From: a virus
Lineage: Duplodnaviria; Caudoviricetes
IMG/VR virus record: IMGVR_UViG_3300032335_001233
Span: 32,001-96,000 of that record
Strand: one strand, 5' to 3'
Length of the DNA: 64,000 bases
This document shows positions 9,000-18,105 of the stretch, in pieces. How positions within the stretch are numbered: the first letter of the stretch is position 1; each line of letters opens with the position of its first letter. The translations under genes were made by a program, and so were the position numbers. A model generated the notes under the pieces. The model was given only the letters and a program-made list of their open reading frames with translations, was not told the origin of the DNA and did no database searches.

Positions 9000-10741
9000 C
9001 AGGTCAGATGTTCAATGCTGTAGACAATGGCGCCAGCGACGCCGGTATTGGTAGTGGTATAGTTGACTGTGACCAGTCCTGATGATTCAGACGCCGAAAT
9101 GGTCACCCCTGTGGCTGAATTTTCCATGTAATCATCATTGAACGAAAATGTGGTACCTGACACAATGGTCAAACGACCAGTTCGAATTGTGGAGCCGCGT
9201 GTTATGGTGTAATCAACTCTGAATGCTGGCAACAATGCTGATGTGGTGCGCACCAAGTTTTGTGTGGTGTTGTTGGTCAATGTGTCGGTTACGCCAACAC
9301 CACGACGATATCCAGCCAAGGTCAACTCGCCGCCCGGGGTCACATCCAAGCTACCAAGATTGAAATATTCTGCACCTTGGCTGGTCATGCTGAGACTCAT
9401 GCTGGTGCCGCCAGCAAAAGAAATTCTTGGATAAGTCAAACTCTGATCGTTGTCGCGCTCAAACATGTCAGCCACACTGACGTTGTTGCCGTCTAACACA
9501 ATCACTGGTGCACTGGGCACTGTGTTTCCATTGAACTCGTTGGCCACATCAAGAAAGATGTTGTAGCCTGTGATGTTTAACGAAACACCATTGAATTCAA
9601 TGCCTTCAGCATAGACTTTGTCAAACAAGTTTTGCGTGATTCTCACACCTTGTGCACCGCTGCCAGTGCCCGGTTCAAAGTAAAATCCTTGATATACGTC
9701 GCTAATGTAGCTGTTGCTGATGGTGGCACTAACAACGTCTTGATCAGTGTTGGTAGCATAGGTAAATCCACGAATACGACAGTTGTTCCAATTGATCTGT
9801 CGGCAAGTCAAGCTGCTGGTACTGGCCCAGTCAATGGCTCGTGTGTTGGCTGTGGTAGGTGCTGCTGTGATGGCGGCCTGTGTGAGCGGACCTTCTAGCG
9901 TGACTTCATTGAAGTAGCAGCTTTCGGCGTTTTGCACCAAGAAGCCATTGTTGAGTTGATTGGTCACAAAGGCAATGCCTGATATTTCAATATTCTGCGG
10001 TGGGGCAGCAGCATTGGTAGCAATGTTTACACCAGTTTGTTGTAGACTGTCTGCGGTTCTTGCAATGTACGCTGGCAGGGTTTCAGGAGTCCAGTATGTG
10101 ATGTTTGTTACCAAAACGCCAATGGGCACTTCTCCTGTGCTGCGATAATATGTGCCGCTGTTTTCTACCAACACGCCAGCAGCATATACCACAGCCGAAG
10201 TATGTGGCTGCACATTAAAAGAAATTATGGTGCTCTCAGCGCCTTCTCCAATCAAGTTGGCATAGGGCGGAATATCCAAAGTATCAGTAATGATGTATAG
10301 CCCAGCCGGAAAGAAAATACTGCGACGGATCTGTGGATTGACTTCACGACAGTAGATCTGGTACAGTGCACGATTGATCATGGCAGTGACGTCGGTTATG
10401 CCGTCGCCTGTGGCACCAAAATCTGTGATAATGGCATTGCTGTCCAGTCTGTTCTGTAGACTCTGACTCACAGGGGTAGATGGAGTAGCACCAGTCTGCA
10501 CAGTGTAGCCAGCTGCTTCACCTTCATAGGTGTAGGCAGTGGTAAAGCTCAAAATGTCTGAGTACTCTGTGAGAACTTCGGTGTTGCCTATCACTGGCGC
10601 ACCATCTTCCAATGTGCCGTTGCCAATGAACAGTCTACGTTCATCTACAGCCCAGCCCAATTCAGCACCGGCCAAGGGGCTGGGCAGGTCTGACAGCAGA
10701 CCTTTGCGTTGTGTAATTCGGGAAACTTGTACTATTGCCAC
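8999..10741 (-). CDS. Tail fibre/spike with Mtd_N-like N-terminus and pectate-lyase-like beta-helix
   Basis: AIVQVSRITQRKG..LAGAELGW..DERRLFIG; DFGATGDGITDVT; FFPAGLY; N/T/S-rich repeats. Confidence 0.8.
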   Translation of the reverse strand: MAIVQVSRITQRKGLLSDLPSPLAGAELGWAVDERRLFIGNGTLEDGAPVIGNTEVLTEYSDILSFTTAYTYEGEAAGYTVQTGATPSTPVSQSLQNRLDSNAIITDFGATGDGITDVTAMINRALYQIYCREVNPQIRRSIFFPAGLYIITDTLDIPPYANLIGEGAESTIISFNVQPHTSAVVYAAGVLVENSGTYYRSTGEVPIGVLVTNITYWTPETLPAYIARTADSLQQTGVNIATNAAAPPQNIEISGIAFVTNQLNNGFLVQNAESCYFNEVTLEGPLTQAAITAAPTTANTRAIDWASTSSLTCRQINWNNCRIRGFTYATNTDQDVVSATISNSYISDVYQGFYFEPGTGSGAQGVRITQNLFDKVYAEGIEFNGVSLNITGYNIFLDVANEFNGNTVPSAPVIVLDGNNVSVADMFERDNDQSLTYPRISFAGGTSMSLSMTSQGAEYFNLGSLDVTPGGELTLAGYRRGVGVTDTLTNNTTQNLVRTTSALLPAFRVDYTITRGSTIRTGRLTIVSGTTFSFNDDYMENSATGVTISASESSGLVTVNYTTTNTGVAGAIVYSIEHLT

Positions 10742-10760
10742 AGTGATCGTCCTAGAGGTA

Positions 10761-11477
10761 TCACGTATTTAGTGAATAGAACAGTTCCAAGCGATGCCAC
10801 CACTGAGTGCGATAAAACTCAAATTCTGCGCCTTCCAGCACAAATTCCTGGTATTGCGGTTTTCCAATAATGTTGTGTTGCTCATCTAGATCAGGTTTGA
10901 CACACATCAAAATCACGCCTTTGCGTATGTTGGTACCGTGTAGTTCGTTGTGTGCTTCGGCATAGGCACACAGTTGCAAAAAGTAATCTGTAATGTATTC
11001 GCGTTTTTTGGGTTTGTTGCTTTGCTTGTAGTCCAAAATTGACTCTTGACCCAGGTGTATGCCAGCGCCATCTGTGGTGCCAGCATAGATGCCCGAGAAA
11101 TACAACGGCACTTCGATTCCCCAGAATTCTGATACATTTTTTAGGCCTTGACTCACTACTTCTTGAGCCATGACATAACTGGGCCACGAAAATGGATTGG
11201 ATCCACGAATCGGCATTTCACCAGTTTTGACATAGTTCTCAAGATATGTGTGCATGCGTGTGCCACGATTGGCTGCTTCGGTAGTGATTTGTTGTGCTCG
11301 AGCATGTCCCACATTGCGGCGCCACTGCTCTAGAGCTTGCTTGCTTTCTTCAGGCTTGGTGCGATCCAGTATGGTTGTGACACTGGGCAATCGTTGGCCG
11401 TCGGGTGTGGCATAGAATCTACGACCGTCTACGGTCACACGTGGTATGGGTTGGTAATCAAAACGGGGGTTATACAC
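10761..11477 (-). CDS. PD-(D/E)XK exonuclease
   Basis: LPSVTTIL, RGTRMH, AGTTD, ILDYK and LQLCAYAEA motifs; start set at the GTG overlapping the iscA stop. Confidence 0.88.
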   Translation of the reverse strand: MYNPRFDYQPIPRVTVDGRRFYATPDGQRLPSVTTILDRTKPEESKQALEQWRRNVGHARAQQITTEAANRGTRMHTYLENYVKTGEMPIRGSNPFSWPSYVMAQEVVSQGLKNVSEFWGIEVPLYFSGIYAGTTDGAGIHLGQESILDYKQSNKPKKREYITDYFLQLCAYAEAHNELHGTNIRKGVILMCVKPDLDEQHNIIGKPQYQEFVLEGAEFEFYRTQWWHRLELFYSLNT

Positions 11478-11793
11478 GAAAACTTTCACCGCAACCGCAG
11501 CGGTCACGTTCATTGGGGTTGGTAAATTCAAAGCCTTCATTGAGGCCTTGGCGTACCCAGTCCACAATCATACCATCAAGATACACTTGATGTCGTTGAT
11601 CAACCAAGACTACATAATTTGGTTGGGCATGATTGATCACGCCTGTTTCGGGCTCATAGGTTTTCACATACTCTAACACATAGGCCAGGCCCGAGCACCC
11701 TGTGGTCTTGACTCCAACGCGGATGCCAGCGTAGCCTTTGGTTTTCACCAGCTGAGTAATTTTGGCGTCAGCACGCTCGCTGATCGAGATCAC
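11470..11793 (-). CDS. iscA: Fe-S cluster assembly A-type carrier
   Basis: GCSGLAY, FTNPN, CGCGESF; GTGA overlap with iscU. Confidence 0.93.
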   Translation of the reverse strand: MISISERADAKITQLVKTKGYAGIRVGVKTTGCSGLAYVLEYVKTYEPETGVINHAQPNYVVLVDQRHQVYLDGMIVDWVRQGLNEGFEFTNPNERDRCGCGESFRV

Positions 11794-12182
11794 TCTTGCC
11801 TCGTATTGCGTTTGCAATAGTCTTCCACTGCGGCCTTGATGGCATCCTCGGCCAAGATTGAACAATGTATCTTGACTGGAGGCAGGGCTAGCTCTTGGGC
11901 AATGTCGGTGTTGCGGATTGCGGCGGCTTGGTCAAGGGTTTTGCCTTTGACCCACTCAGTGACAAGACTTGAGCTTGCGATCGCCGAGCCGCAGCCATAC
12001 GTTTTGAAGCGAGCATCTGTAATAATACCTGTATCATGATCTACCTTGATTTGCAATTTCATTACGTCACCACAGGCCGGTGCCCCCACCATGCCGGTAC
12101 CCACGTTGGTGTCGCTCTTGTTGAACGAACCCACGTTGCGTGGATTTTCATAATGATCGATTACTTGGTCAGAATAGGCCAT
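11790..12182 (-). CDS. iscU: Fe-S cluster scaffold protein
   Basis: MAYS..VIDHYENPRNVG, APACGD, GCGSAIAS, LPPVKIHCS. Confidence 0.96.
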   Translation of the reverse strand: MAYSDQVIDHYENPRNVGSFNKSDTNVGTGMVGAPACGDVMKLQIKVDHDTGIITDARFKTYGCGSAIASSSLVTEWVKGKTLDQAAAIRNTDIAQELALPPVKIHCSILAEDAIKAAVEDYCKRNTRQE

Positions 12183-12192
12183 ACTTTCCTCA

Positions 12193-12221
12193 ATTATAGC
12201 AAAACTACAGCCCAGTGTCAA
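12193..12221 (-). promoter_or_regulatory. Consensus sigma70 promoter for iscU-iscA-exonuclease
   Basis: TTGACA-17-TATAAT with TGn, followed by GAGG RBS. Confidence 0.9.
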
Positions 12222-12228
12222 GCCGTGA

Positions 12229-12585
12229 TTACTTGCTCATACCGCGTTTCATGGCCGATTTGGCTGCTTTGGCCACAATGTCTTGTGCCTTGTTCACAGG
12301 TATAGAGACATTGTCAGGGGCAGCACCCTTGAACTTGATAGGTTCGGTACTGCCCGGATCCAGTGGTTCTAAAACATTGCTGAGAGGTTCTTGGTTGACA
12401 ATGGTATCAAGATTTTGCTTGTTGACCGGGATGTCAAGACTCTGCGCTAGACTCACGAATGCGTCTTGACTGATTTGCTTTTGAGCGTTGGTGTCTTGTG
12501 CGCGGCCAGACAAAAACTCTGCCAGTCCCAGCAGCTGGGCAGGGTCCGGTGTCGGCCCCACGCTGGCCACTTCAGTGATGCGCAT
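12229..12585 (-). CDS. Probable internal head protein
   Basis: Start set at MRITE; lies in a late gene run. Confidence 0.6.
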   Translation of the reverse strand: MRITEVASVGPTPDPAQLLGLAEFLSGRAQDTNAQKQISQDAFVSLAQSLDIPVNKQNLDTIVNQEPLSNVLEPLDPGSTEPIKFKGAAPDNVSIPVNKAQDIVAKAAKSAMKRGMSK

Positions 12586-12586
12586 G

Positions 12587-13483
12587 TTATCTACGCTGAC
12601 GGCCAAGCGAAGCCGCAGGAGTTTCTTCGTCGTCCATGTCAGCCACAGCAGCATCAGCAGCAGCGTCTAGGTCGTCGCCAGCCACGTCAGCTACGTCGGC
12701 ATCTAAGTCGGCAGCTACATCAGCACCAATGCCAGCACCAGCGTCAGCGCCCATGCCAGCCAGGTCTGGTGTGGCCATTTGTTGGCCAGTTACCACGCCC
12801 AGGGCTGCATCTAACTGTTGTTTGGTGCCTTGGATGTTTTGCAGCAGACCGGTCAGTGCAGCCGAAGCATCAGCATTGAACTGAGTGGCTTGATCAATGC
12901 CCACTTGATTCTTGATGGAATCAACCAGTGCTGGTAACTCTTTGAATTGCAATTCGCTTACGTCTTCCAGCATGCCTTGCATTTTGTCCACCATGTCTTG
13001 GGCAGCCAACACCACTTGAGCCTGTTGTACTTCACTTTCTTTCAACATGCGATAGGCACGACGCAATTTGCTTTCAGCCTTCATGAGTGCAGCACCAGCC
13101 ACCATTTTTTGTTCGTCAGGGGTAAGTGATTGTCCAGCAGCAGATTTTTTCAATGCAGCTGCCAACTTGGGATCTTTGACTTTGGCCACAGCCTGCTGAG
13201 CTTGCTGAGCAGATTGGTCAGTGGCAGGAGGCGTCATTTCAGCCAAGTGACTGTGAAGAGCCTGTTCCATCATGACCAGTTTAAGATATGCTGGATTGCG
13301 TTCGCCCCAGTGACGTGCTGTGGTGCTTTGGTGCTCGTCCAATAGACTGCGCACACGTGACAGCATGGTTTGCGTTTGACCTCGGCCAAGACGTTCAAGT
13401 TTGAGCCCTTGGCCAAAGTAACTTTCAAACACTTGGTCAACGTGTTTTACGGGCTTAGACGCTGAGAATTCTTGCAGTTTCAT
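12587..13483 (-). CDS. Probable prohead core/scaffold-like protein
   Basis: MKLQEF start, LKESE motif, coiled-coil character, acidic tail; TAAATA upstream. Confidence 0.55.
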   Translation of the reverse strand: MKLQEFSASKPVKHVDQVFESYFGQGLKLERLGRGQTQTMLSRVRSLLDEHQSTTARHWGERNPAYLKLVMMEQALHSHLAEMTPPATDQSAQQAQQAVAKVKDPKLAAALKKSAAGQSLTPDEQKMVAGAALMKAESKLRRAYRMLKESEVQQAQVVLAAQDMVDKMQGMLEDVSELQFKELPALVDSIKNQVGIDQATQFNADASAALTGLLQNIQGTKQQLDAALGVVTGQQMATPDLAGMGADAGAGIGADVAADLDADVADVAGDDLDAAADAAVADMDDEETPAASLGRQRR

Positions 13484-13931
13484 TCTGGAAATCCTTTAAT
13501 TCAATATATTTAGCCCGGTTCAGGCATTTTTCTAATTCGTTTTTGACATAGGTCAAACGCTGACGTTTGTGATCTAGTTTGACTTCCAGTATGTCACAGA
13601 AATCAAGATCTTGACTGTGTTTGATGGTGCTTGTGGTATGTTGAATATCAGCACTGAGATGATTCAAGGATTGATCCAGCCGCATGATTTCGCGACTGAG
13701 ATTGAAGCAATGATGACGTTCAGCTGAACACCAGCCCAAAGCTGATCTCTGCGATGAAAAATCACCTTGCTTGCGATCCCAAGTAAACACTGAAAAATTT
13801 TGTTGTCGCTGCTTGATCAAGTACTTGCCAAACACCACCAATGACCCGTCTGGCTGTGGCACCAGCATGCGCTCAGCATGTTTACGTATTTGCTGATCAG
13901 TAAATTGGGCTAGCTTTTGTCGGACATTCAT
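13455..13931 (-). CDS. Hypothetical protein
   Basis: ATGA-coupled start MNVRQK. Confidence 0.6.
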   Translation of the reverse strand: MNVRQKLAQFTDQQIRKHAERMLVPQPDGSLVVFGKYLIKQRQQNFSVFTWDRKQGDFSSQRSALGWCSAERHHCFNLSREIMRLDQSLNHLSADIQHTTSTIKHSQDLDFCDILEVKLDHKRQRLTYVKNELEKCLNRAKYIELKDFQNETARILSV

Positions 13932-14191
13932 TTGAAAACGTATTGTTGTAACAGCCACATCACTGTGGCGCCTAAAAATCCAATGATGCCCACACCCCAA
14001 GCAATGACTTGGTCGGTGCGCTTGTTGCTCATGATATCTATTTTTTCGCCAATGTCTGAGACATGCGTTTTGACTTCTTTGATGTCTGACTCAACTTCTA
14101 GCAGTTTGGTTTCCAGTATTTTGTATCGCTGTGCACAGAGCTCGACGTGAGCTTCCAGGCTTTTCTTTTCAATTTCTGTGGTTTCAGACAT
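13928..14191 (-). CDS. Coiled-coil protein with C-terminal TM helix (holin/XhlA-like)
   Basis: Heptad region followed by VIAWGVGIIGFLGATVMWLL. Confidence 0.55.
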   Translation of the reverse strand: MSETTEIEKKSLEAHVELCAQRYKILETKLLEVESDIKEVKTHVSDIGEKIDIMSNKRTDQVIAWGVGIIGFLGATVMWLLQQYVFK

Positions 14192-14203
14192 GGTATTCTC
14201 CGA

Positions 14204-14626
14204 TTAGATATTTACCTGACTGAACCAAATGTTGCAACGTTCACCTTGTGTTGCAATTTGTGGAATTGTGCCAGTCTGCTCATCAAGATCAATCATCATG
14301 GGCACACCTTCACAGTCTTGACAAAGTCCTGCTAGAGGATCAGTGCTGTGACTGGCTCCGTATACAGCATCACTTTCTACCACAAAACTAAATTCCCACA
14401 CACCCTGATCACACACAGGATTGGTCAATTCAAACAACTGCGCTCGCAGTCCCAACAACTGCAACAAGGTTTCGTAATTGCGTTGTTGATTTCTGCTGCG
14501 ATTCCAGTCTGCAACATTGCGCACCCACTGGCCAGCATGGTCTTGAAATGGCATGGCTGACAGTTTAAAATGTCCTGTGACTCCAGTGCGAGTACAGTCA
14601 AACAAGGTGCGGCACAGTATCTTCAT
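14204..14626 (-). CDS. Conserved phage hypothetical protein
   Basis: 140-aa ORF with TAAATA 8 nt upstream. Confidence 0.65.
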   Translation of the reverse strand: MKILCRTLFDCTRTGVTGHFKLSAMPFQDHAGQWVRNVADWNRSRNQQRNYETLLQLLGLRAQLFELTNPVCDQGVWEFSFVVESDAVYGASHSTDPLAGLCQDCEGVPMMIDLDEQTGTIPQIATQGERCNIWFSQVNI

Positions 14627-14646
14627 TCTGTGCGTATTTAACGCAC

Positions 14647-14676
14647 AAAGAAAAGCCCCGGAGGATTCCGGGGCTG
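14647..14676 (-). terminator. Intrinsic terminator
   Basis: AGCCCCGGA-ATCC-TCCGGGGCT followed by TTTCTTT. Confidence 0.85.
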
Positions 14677-14692
14677 TTCATGAACCAAGCGA

Positions 14693-15109
14693 TTAAACGT
14701 TGGTGAAAGTGGCGCTGCCAGCAACGTTGCCAGTTGGAATGCCAATGTTCAAGCCACCAGTGGCGTTGGCTACTTGAGCAGCGGCAACCAGGGTAGCAGT
14801 GGTGTAAGCACCAACTGGGTACACAGCAATGTTCAACACAGCAGGAGCGCTGGGAGTCACTTGGTACATAGCAACAGTGGCTGTTTGCTGGATAGCTTGC
14901 AGAACGTTGTTGATGTAGCCAGTAGCGTTGGCAGCGCCGCTAGCGCTGAGAGCGCTGTTGGCAGTCAAGCTGAAGAACTCCAGCTTGGGACCGGCCATCT
15001 GCACAGGACCCTGAGCAGCGATGTTGGCGGTGTTGGCGATTGTGCCGTTTTGCACGTCGATAGCAAACACTGGTTGTGTTGTGCCGTTTACTTTGGTAAT
15101 TTGAGCCAT
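14693..15109 (-). CDS. Abundant virion structural protein (decoration-like)
   Basis: A/T/N/G-rich; own TAAATA promoter, strong AGGAG RBS and terminator. Confidence 0.6.
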   Translation of the reverse strand: MAQITKVNGTTQPVFAIDVQNGTIANTANIAAQGPVQMAGPKLEFFSLTANSALSASGAANATGYINNVLQAIQQTATVAMYQVTPSAPAVLNIAVYPVGAYTTATLVAAAQVANATGGLNIGIPTGNVAGSATFTNV

Positions 15110-15167
15110 TTTTTTCTCCTAATGATTGGGCTTTCGACCCTGCACTTATTTAGTCAGATTGGAAAAA

Positions 15168-17033
15168 TCACGCCTGATCCGGATTGTTTCTGGCTCGATT
15201 GCGTAGAGTGAAATCAAATCGGTTCACTGCCTTGGCATAACCCGACGGTGTGGCCATGACCCAACCTTCGTTGCCTGGACTTTGGCGATCCAACTGTTGT
15301 AGCACATCCATCTTGAGATCGTGTAGCAGAATAAACAGTGTGAATGCTGCGGCCATGCCTTCGGTGTTGGAACTGGGCGATTTGAGGTATTCTATGATGT
15401 TGGCAAATTTGCGCGGTGTGACCTTGGATTGTAACCACTGCCCAAATCCACCCAACAAGTTGTCAAAGTTGCCGGTACCAATTCTGTAGTTGATGTAGTC
15501 AATGCACAGTTTGGCCAAGTCTGTGATCTGTGCAGCTCGCAATTCGGCTGGATTGAACAAGGTGTCAATGGCTTGACCTTTTGATCGCACAATGCTGCGT
15601 ATTTCTTTCACCAGTTTGGGATCTAGAGTGAGAGTTTGGCTGTATATGGGTTCGATCAACAACAGTCCCGGAACGTCATTGAAACGTACTCGACTCAAGG
15701 GCTGACGAGCATCACCTTGGTCAGCATACATTGAGTGCATGGCTACACCCACTTCGCTGGCAGCTATGCGCTGACCCAGCGCACTCTTGGCTGGGATGCG
15801 ATACTGCACAGTGTTGGGTGTGAACACCATGTTGCCGGCCTGTTCAGGTGGTGTTTGGGTGTACAGCAAATCACCTTTGACATAGCCACGGAAGTTGGTG
15901 GGCAAGGCCGCATCCAGCAAGGGCCACAGCTTGCGATAGAGGTTGACCAGTTCAGTTCTATCACCCAAGCGTTGTTGCATGGCCTGCGCCAACATGCTGG
16001 GAGATGTGAACAATCCGTCATAGGTTTTGGCATCAAAACCTGAACCATCTGTGAGCACAAACTCGCCTGTGGCCGGCTTGCGTCCAAATATCACAGCAGG
16101 CTTGCCGTCCCACTTCACTGTGGTAGTGGTACCTGGACTGGAGGCGGCGGCCTGCACAATAGCCAAAGCATCTTGCACACCGCGTGAGCCACGGCGGAAC
16201 ACAAGATCTTCAAGATGTTCAATGCCCTTGGCACGCCCACCTACTCCAGGTTCTTCGGCTTCAACCAGGGCCACGTAACCTTGATTCACAATTCTATCAC
16301 GCAAGCGGGCCAACCAGCTCACATCATTTTCTCTCAGTTGCGGCTCTTGCAATCCTTCTCGAGCAAGATACTCTCTAAAATCTTGTAACTTGTTGTCACG
16401 TTCAGGATCTTGGGCCAGTGCTGAGTATATGGTTTCTACGTTTTTGAGACTGTTACGATCGTGACCCGAACCCAACAGTATTTCAGCCACATAGTCTGGA
16501 TCAGCACTGACCAACTCATTGGTGGTTCGACTGATCATGCCATTGGCACCTACCTTGAGTCCAGCATGCTTGGCCAGGCTGCTGAGCAGTACGTTGCGAT
16601 TCATGCCTTTGTAGGCTGAATTTTCAGCTCCACCATAATAGAACACACCCCAATCCACGTTGGGCATAAACATAAAATCGGTCTGCACAAAGCCACGATT
16701 GGCGTCACCGCCGATGGGAGTGCGCAAATGTACTTCTCCGGCCTTTTTCACATACTGTCTGGGATCCAGTCCTTGACTGGTCACAAAGTCTGTCAACAAC
16801 TTGGCCACTTGTTCCTTGGTGGCCTCAGCAGTGTCTACTGCTAGGTCTAGATCGCCTGACGTGGCCTTGCGTCCAGTTGATCCCAGCCAACGTTCAGCAG
16901 GAAATTCTAGACCAGTCACTTGTTCTACCCAACGAATGGTGGCAGGCACGTCAGCTTGATTGATGCGTTGTGTTAGTGGGGTGCCATCTGCGTCTTTGAA
17001 AACATTGCCACCTTCAAATAGTTTCGTGATCAT
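15168..17033 (-). CDS. Fusion of a Pol-beta-type nucleotidyltransferase and an ATP-dependent (RNA) ligase-like domain
   Basis: LGSTG..SGDLD and VQTDF; KWDG, GDLL, EGWV and KAV.R ligase motifs. Confidence 0.72.
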   Translation of the reverse strand: MITKLFEGGNVFKDADGTPLTQRINQADVPATIRWVEQVTGLEFPAERWLGSTGRKATSGDLDLAVDTAEATKEQVAKLLTDFVTSQGLDPRQYVKKAGEVHLRTPIGGDANRGFVQTDFMFMPNVDWGVFYYGGAENSAYKGMNRNVLLSSLAKHAGLKVGANGMISRTTNELVSADPDYVAEILLGSGHDRNSLKNVETIYSALAQDPERDNKLQDFREYLAREGLQEPQLRENDVSWLARLRDRIVNQGYVALVEAEEPGVGGRAKGIEHLEDLVFRRGSRGVQDALAIVQAAASSPGTTTTVKWDGKPAVIFGRKPATGEFVLTDGSGFDAKTYDGLFTSPSMLAQAMQQRLGDRTELVNLYRKLWPLLDAALPTNFRGYVKGDLLYTQTPPEQAGNMVFTPNTVQYRIPAKSALGQRIAASEVGVAMHSMYADQGDARQPLSRVRFNDVPGLLLIEPIYSQTLTLDPKLVKEIRSIVRSKGQAIDTLFNPAELRAAQITDLAKLCIDYINYRIGTGNFDNLLGGFGQWLQSKVTPRKFANIIEYLKSPSSNTEGMAAAFTLFILLHDLKMDVLQQLDRQSPGNEGWVMATPSGYAKAVNRFDFTLRNRARNNPDQA

Positions 17034-17800
17034 ATCAATTTTGCTGCCTTGAGTAATGCATCCACAGTGGCTGAACCTGTGGTGGTAACATTGAGTTTTT
17101 GTCCACTTTGGCGTACCACAGCATTGAGCTTGGCCAAAGCTGCACGATTGATACCTGTGGCCTGCATGGCTGCTTGTAACTGGGGGTTGGCTCCGCCGGG
17201 TGTTGAGGTAGAGCCGGAAAAACCAGATTGCTTGCGATTGAAGGTAATCAAGTTTTGAGTTTGAGCAATTGTGTTGGCCAGTTCACCCCAGATGGTTTGA
17301 TTTTCTTTTTCAAGTTCACCAGCACGAATACTGGGACTCACAGCAGTTTTGCTCAAACGAGTGATTAAATCAGTCATGGTCTTCTGCAGGGCCTGGGCTT
17401 CGGGTCTCTTGGCTTGATCCACAGCGTTGGCCAGCTGCTGGTAACTGTTTAATCCAGTGCGATCCAGTGTGCGGTTGACCATGTCGGTGGCAATTTTGGC
17501 AAGTTCGGCTTGATTGAGCTGACTCATGTACGGGGTGCCTGACTGCTTGAGTGCAGCCTGTAGACTCTGTGCCCAAAGTCCAGCTTGTTCTTGTGCCAGT
17601 TGTTTGACCATGGTTTGATTGACTTTGGCTGCGGCCTGGCCAGCAAAACCTGGTGCGGCTTGTGCCCCAGCAGCAACTCCACCAATGTTGGTTCCCATGT
17701 TTTTGTTTATGGCTTGAGCAGCCACAGATCCGATGCCCCGTAGTGCTGTCCCTAGGGCTTCGTCGGTGCGTTGTGGTTGCATGAATTCAAAGATCTTCAT
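17030..17800 (-). CDS. Probable internal virion protein
   Basis: MKIFEF start; Ala/Gln-rich. Confidence 0.55.
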   Translation of the reverse strand: MKIFEFMQPQRTDEALGTALRGIGSVAAQAINKNMGTNIGGVAAGAQAAPGFAGQAAAKVNQTMVKQLAQEQAGLWAQSLQAALKQSGTPYMSQLNQAELAKIATDMVNRTLDRTGLNSYQQLANAVDQAKRPEAQALQKTMTDLITRLSKTAVSPSIRAGELEKENQTIWGELANTIAQTQNLITFNRKQSGFSGSTSTPGGANPQLQAAMQATGINRAALAKLNAVVRQSGQKLNVTTTGSATVDALLKAAKLI

Positions 17801-18035
17801 GAGTGCGCTTTACTGAACGTTCAAATTTGCCACTGTCTTTGGCACGAATGGCATTGAGAAATTTACGTGTGAGATTTTCAGCCTGTTCTGGAGTGTACTC
17901 GGCTTCAATCTGTTCTAGCAAGCGAATGGCGCTGTGTATGATTGACGAAGCACGATTTTCCAAGATCAGTCGACGATCTTGCTCTACATAGAGGCTGTCT
18001 AATTCTTCTAGGATACTGCGTGTTTTTCTTTGCAT
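17787..18035 (-). CDS. Conserved hypothetical protein
   Basis: First gene after TAAATA at 18053-18058. Confidence 0.65.
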   Translation of the reverse strand: MQRKTRSILEELDSLYVEQDRRLILENRASSIIHSAIRLLEQIEAEYTPEQAENLTRKFLNAIRAKDSGKFERSVKRTHEDL

Positions 18036-18052
18036 GTTGGTAGTCCCGGTAT

Positions 18053-18082
18053 TATTTAGCTAAAATGGTGCGCGGATAAATA
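18053..18082. promoter_or_regulatory. Divergent pair of T4-like late promoters
   Basis: TAAATA on minus (18053-18058) and plus (18077-18082) between divergent genes. Confidence 0.7.
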
Positions 18083-18105
18083 TCTGAACAAGGCAAGGAC
18101 CAAAC

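Noticed and set aside
10761-11477. Cas4/CRISPR association of the PD-(D/E)XK nuclease
   Set aside because: It lacks the four-Cys Fe-S pattern and no array is present.
10761-12654. Long apparent gene overlaps in the ORF track (exonuclease/iscA/iscU and others)
   Set aside because: These arise from longest-ORF start choice; downstream coupled starts remove the overlaps.
17186-17194. A further GGAGCCAAC match on the minus strand
   Set aside because: It lies inside a coding region (G-A-N codons) with no adjacent start codon, so it is likely chance.
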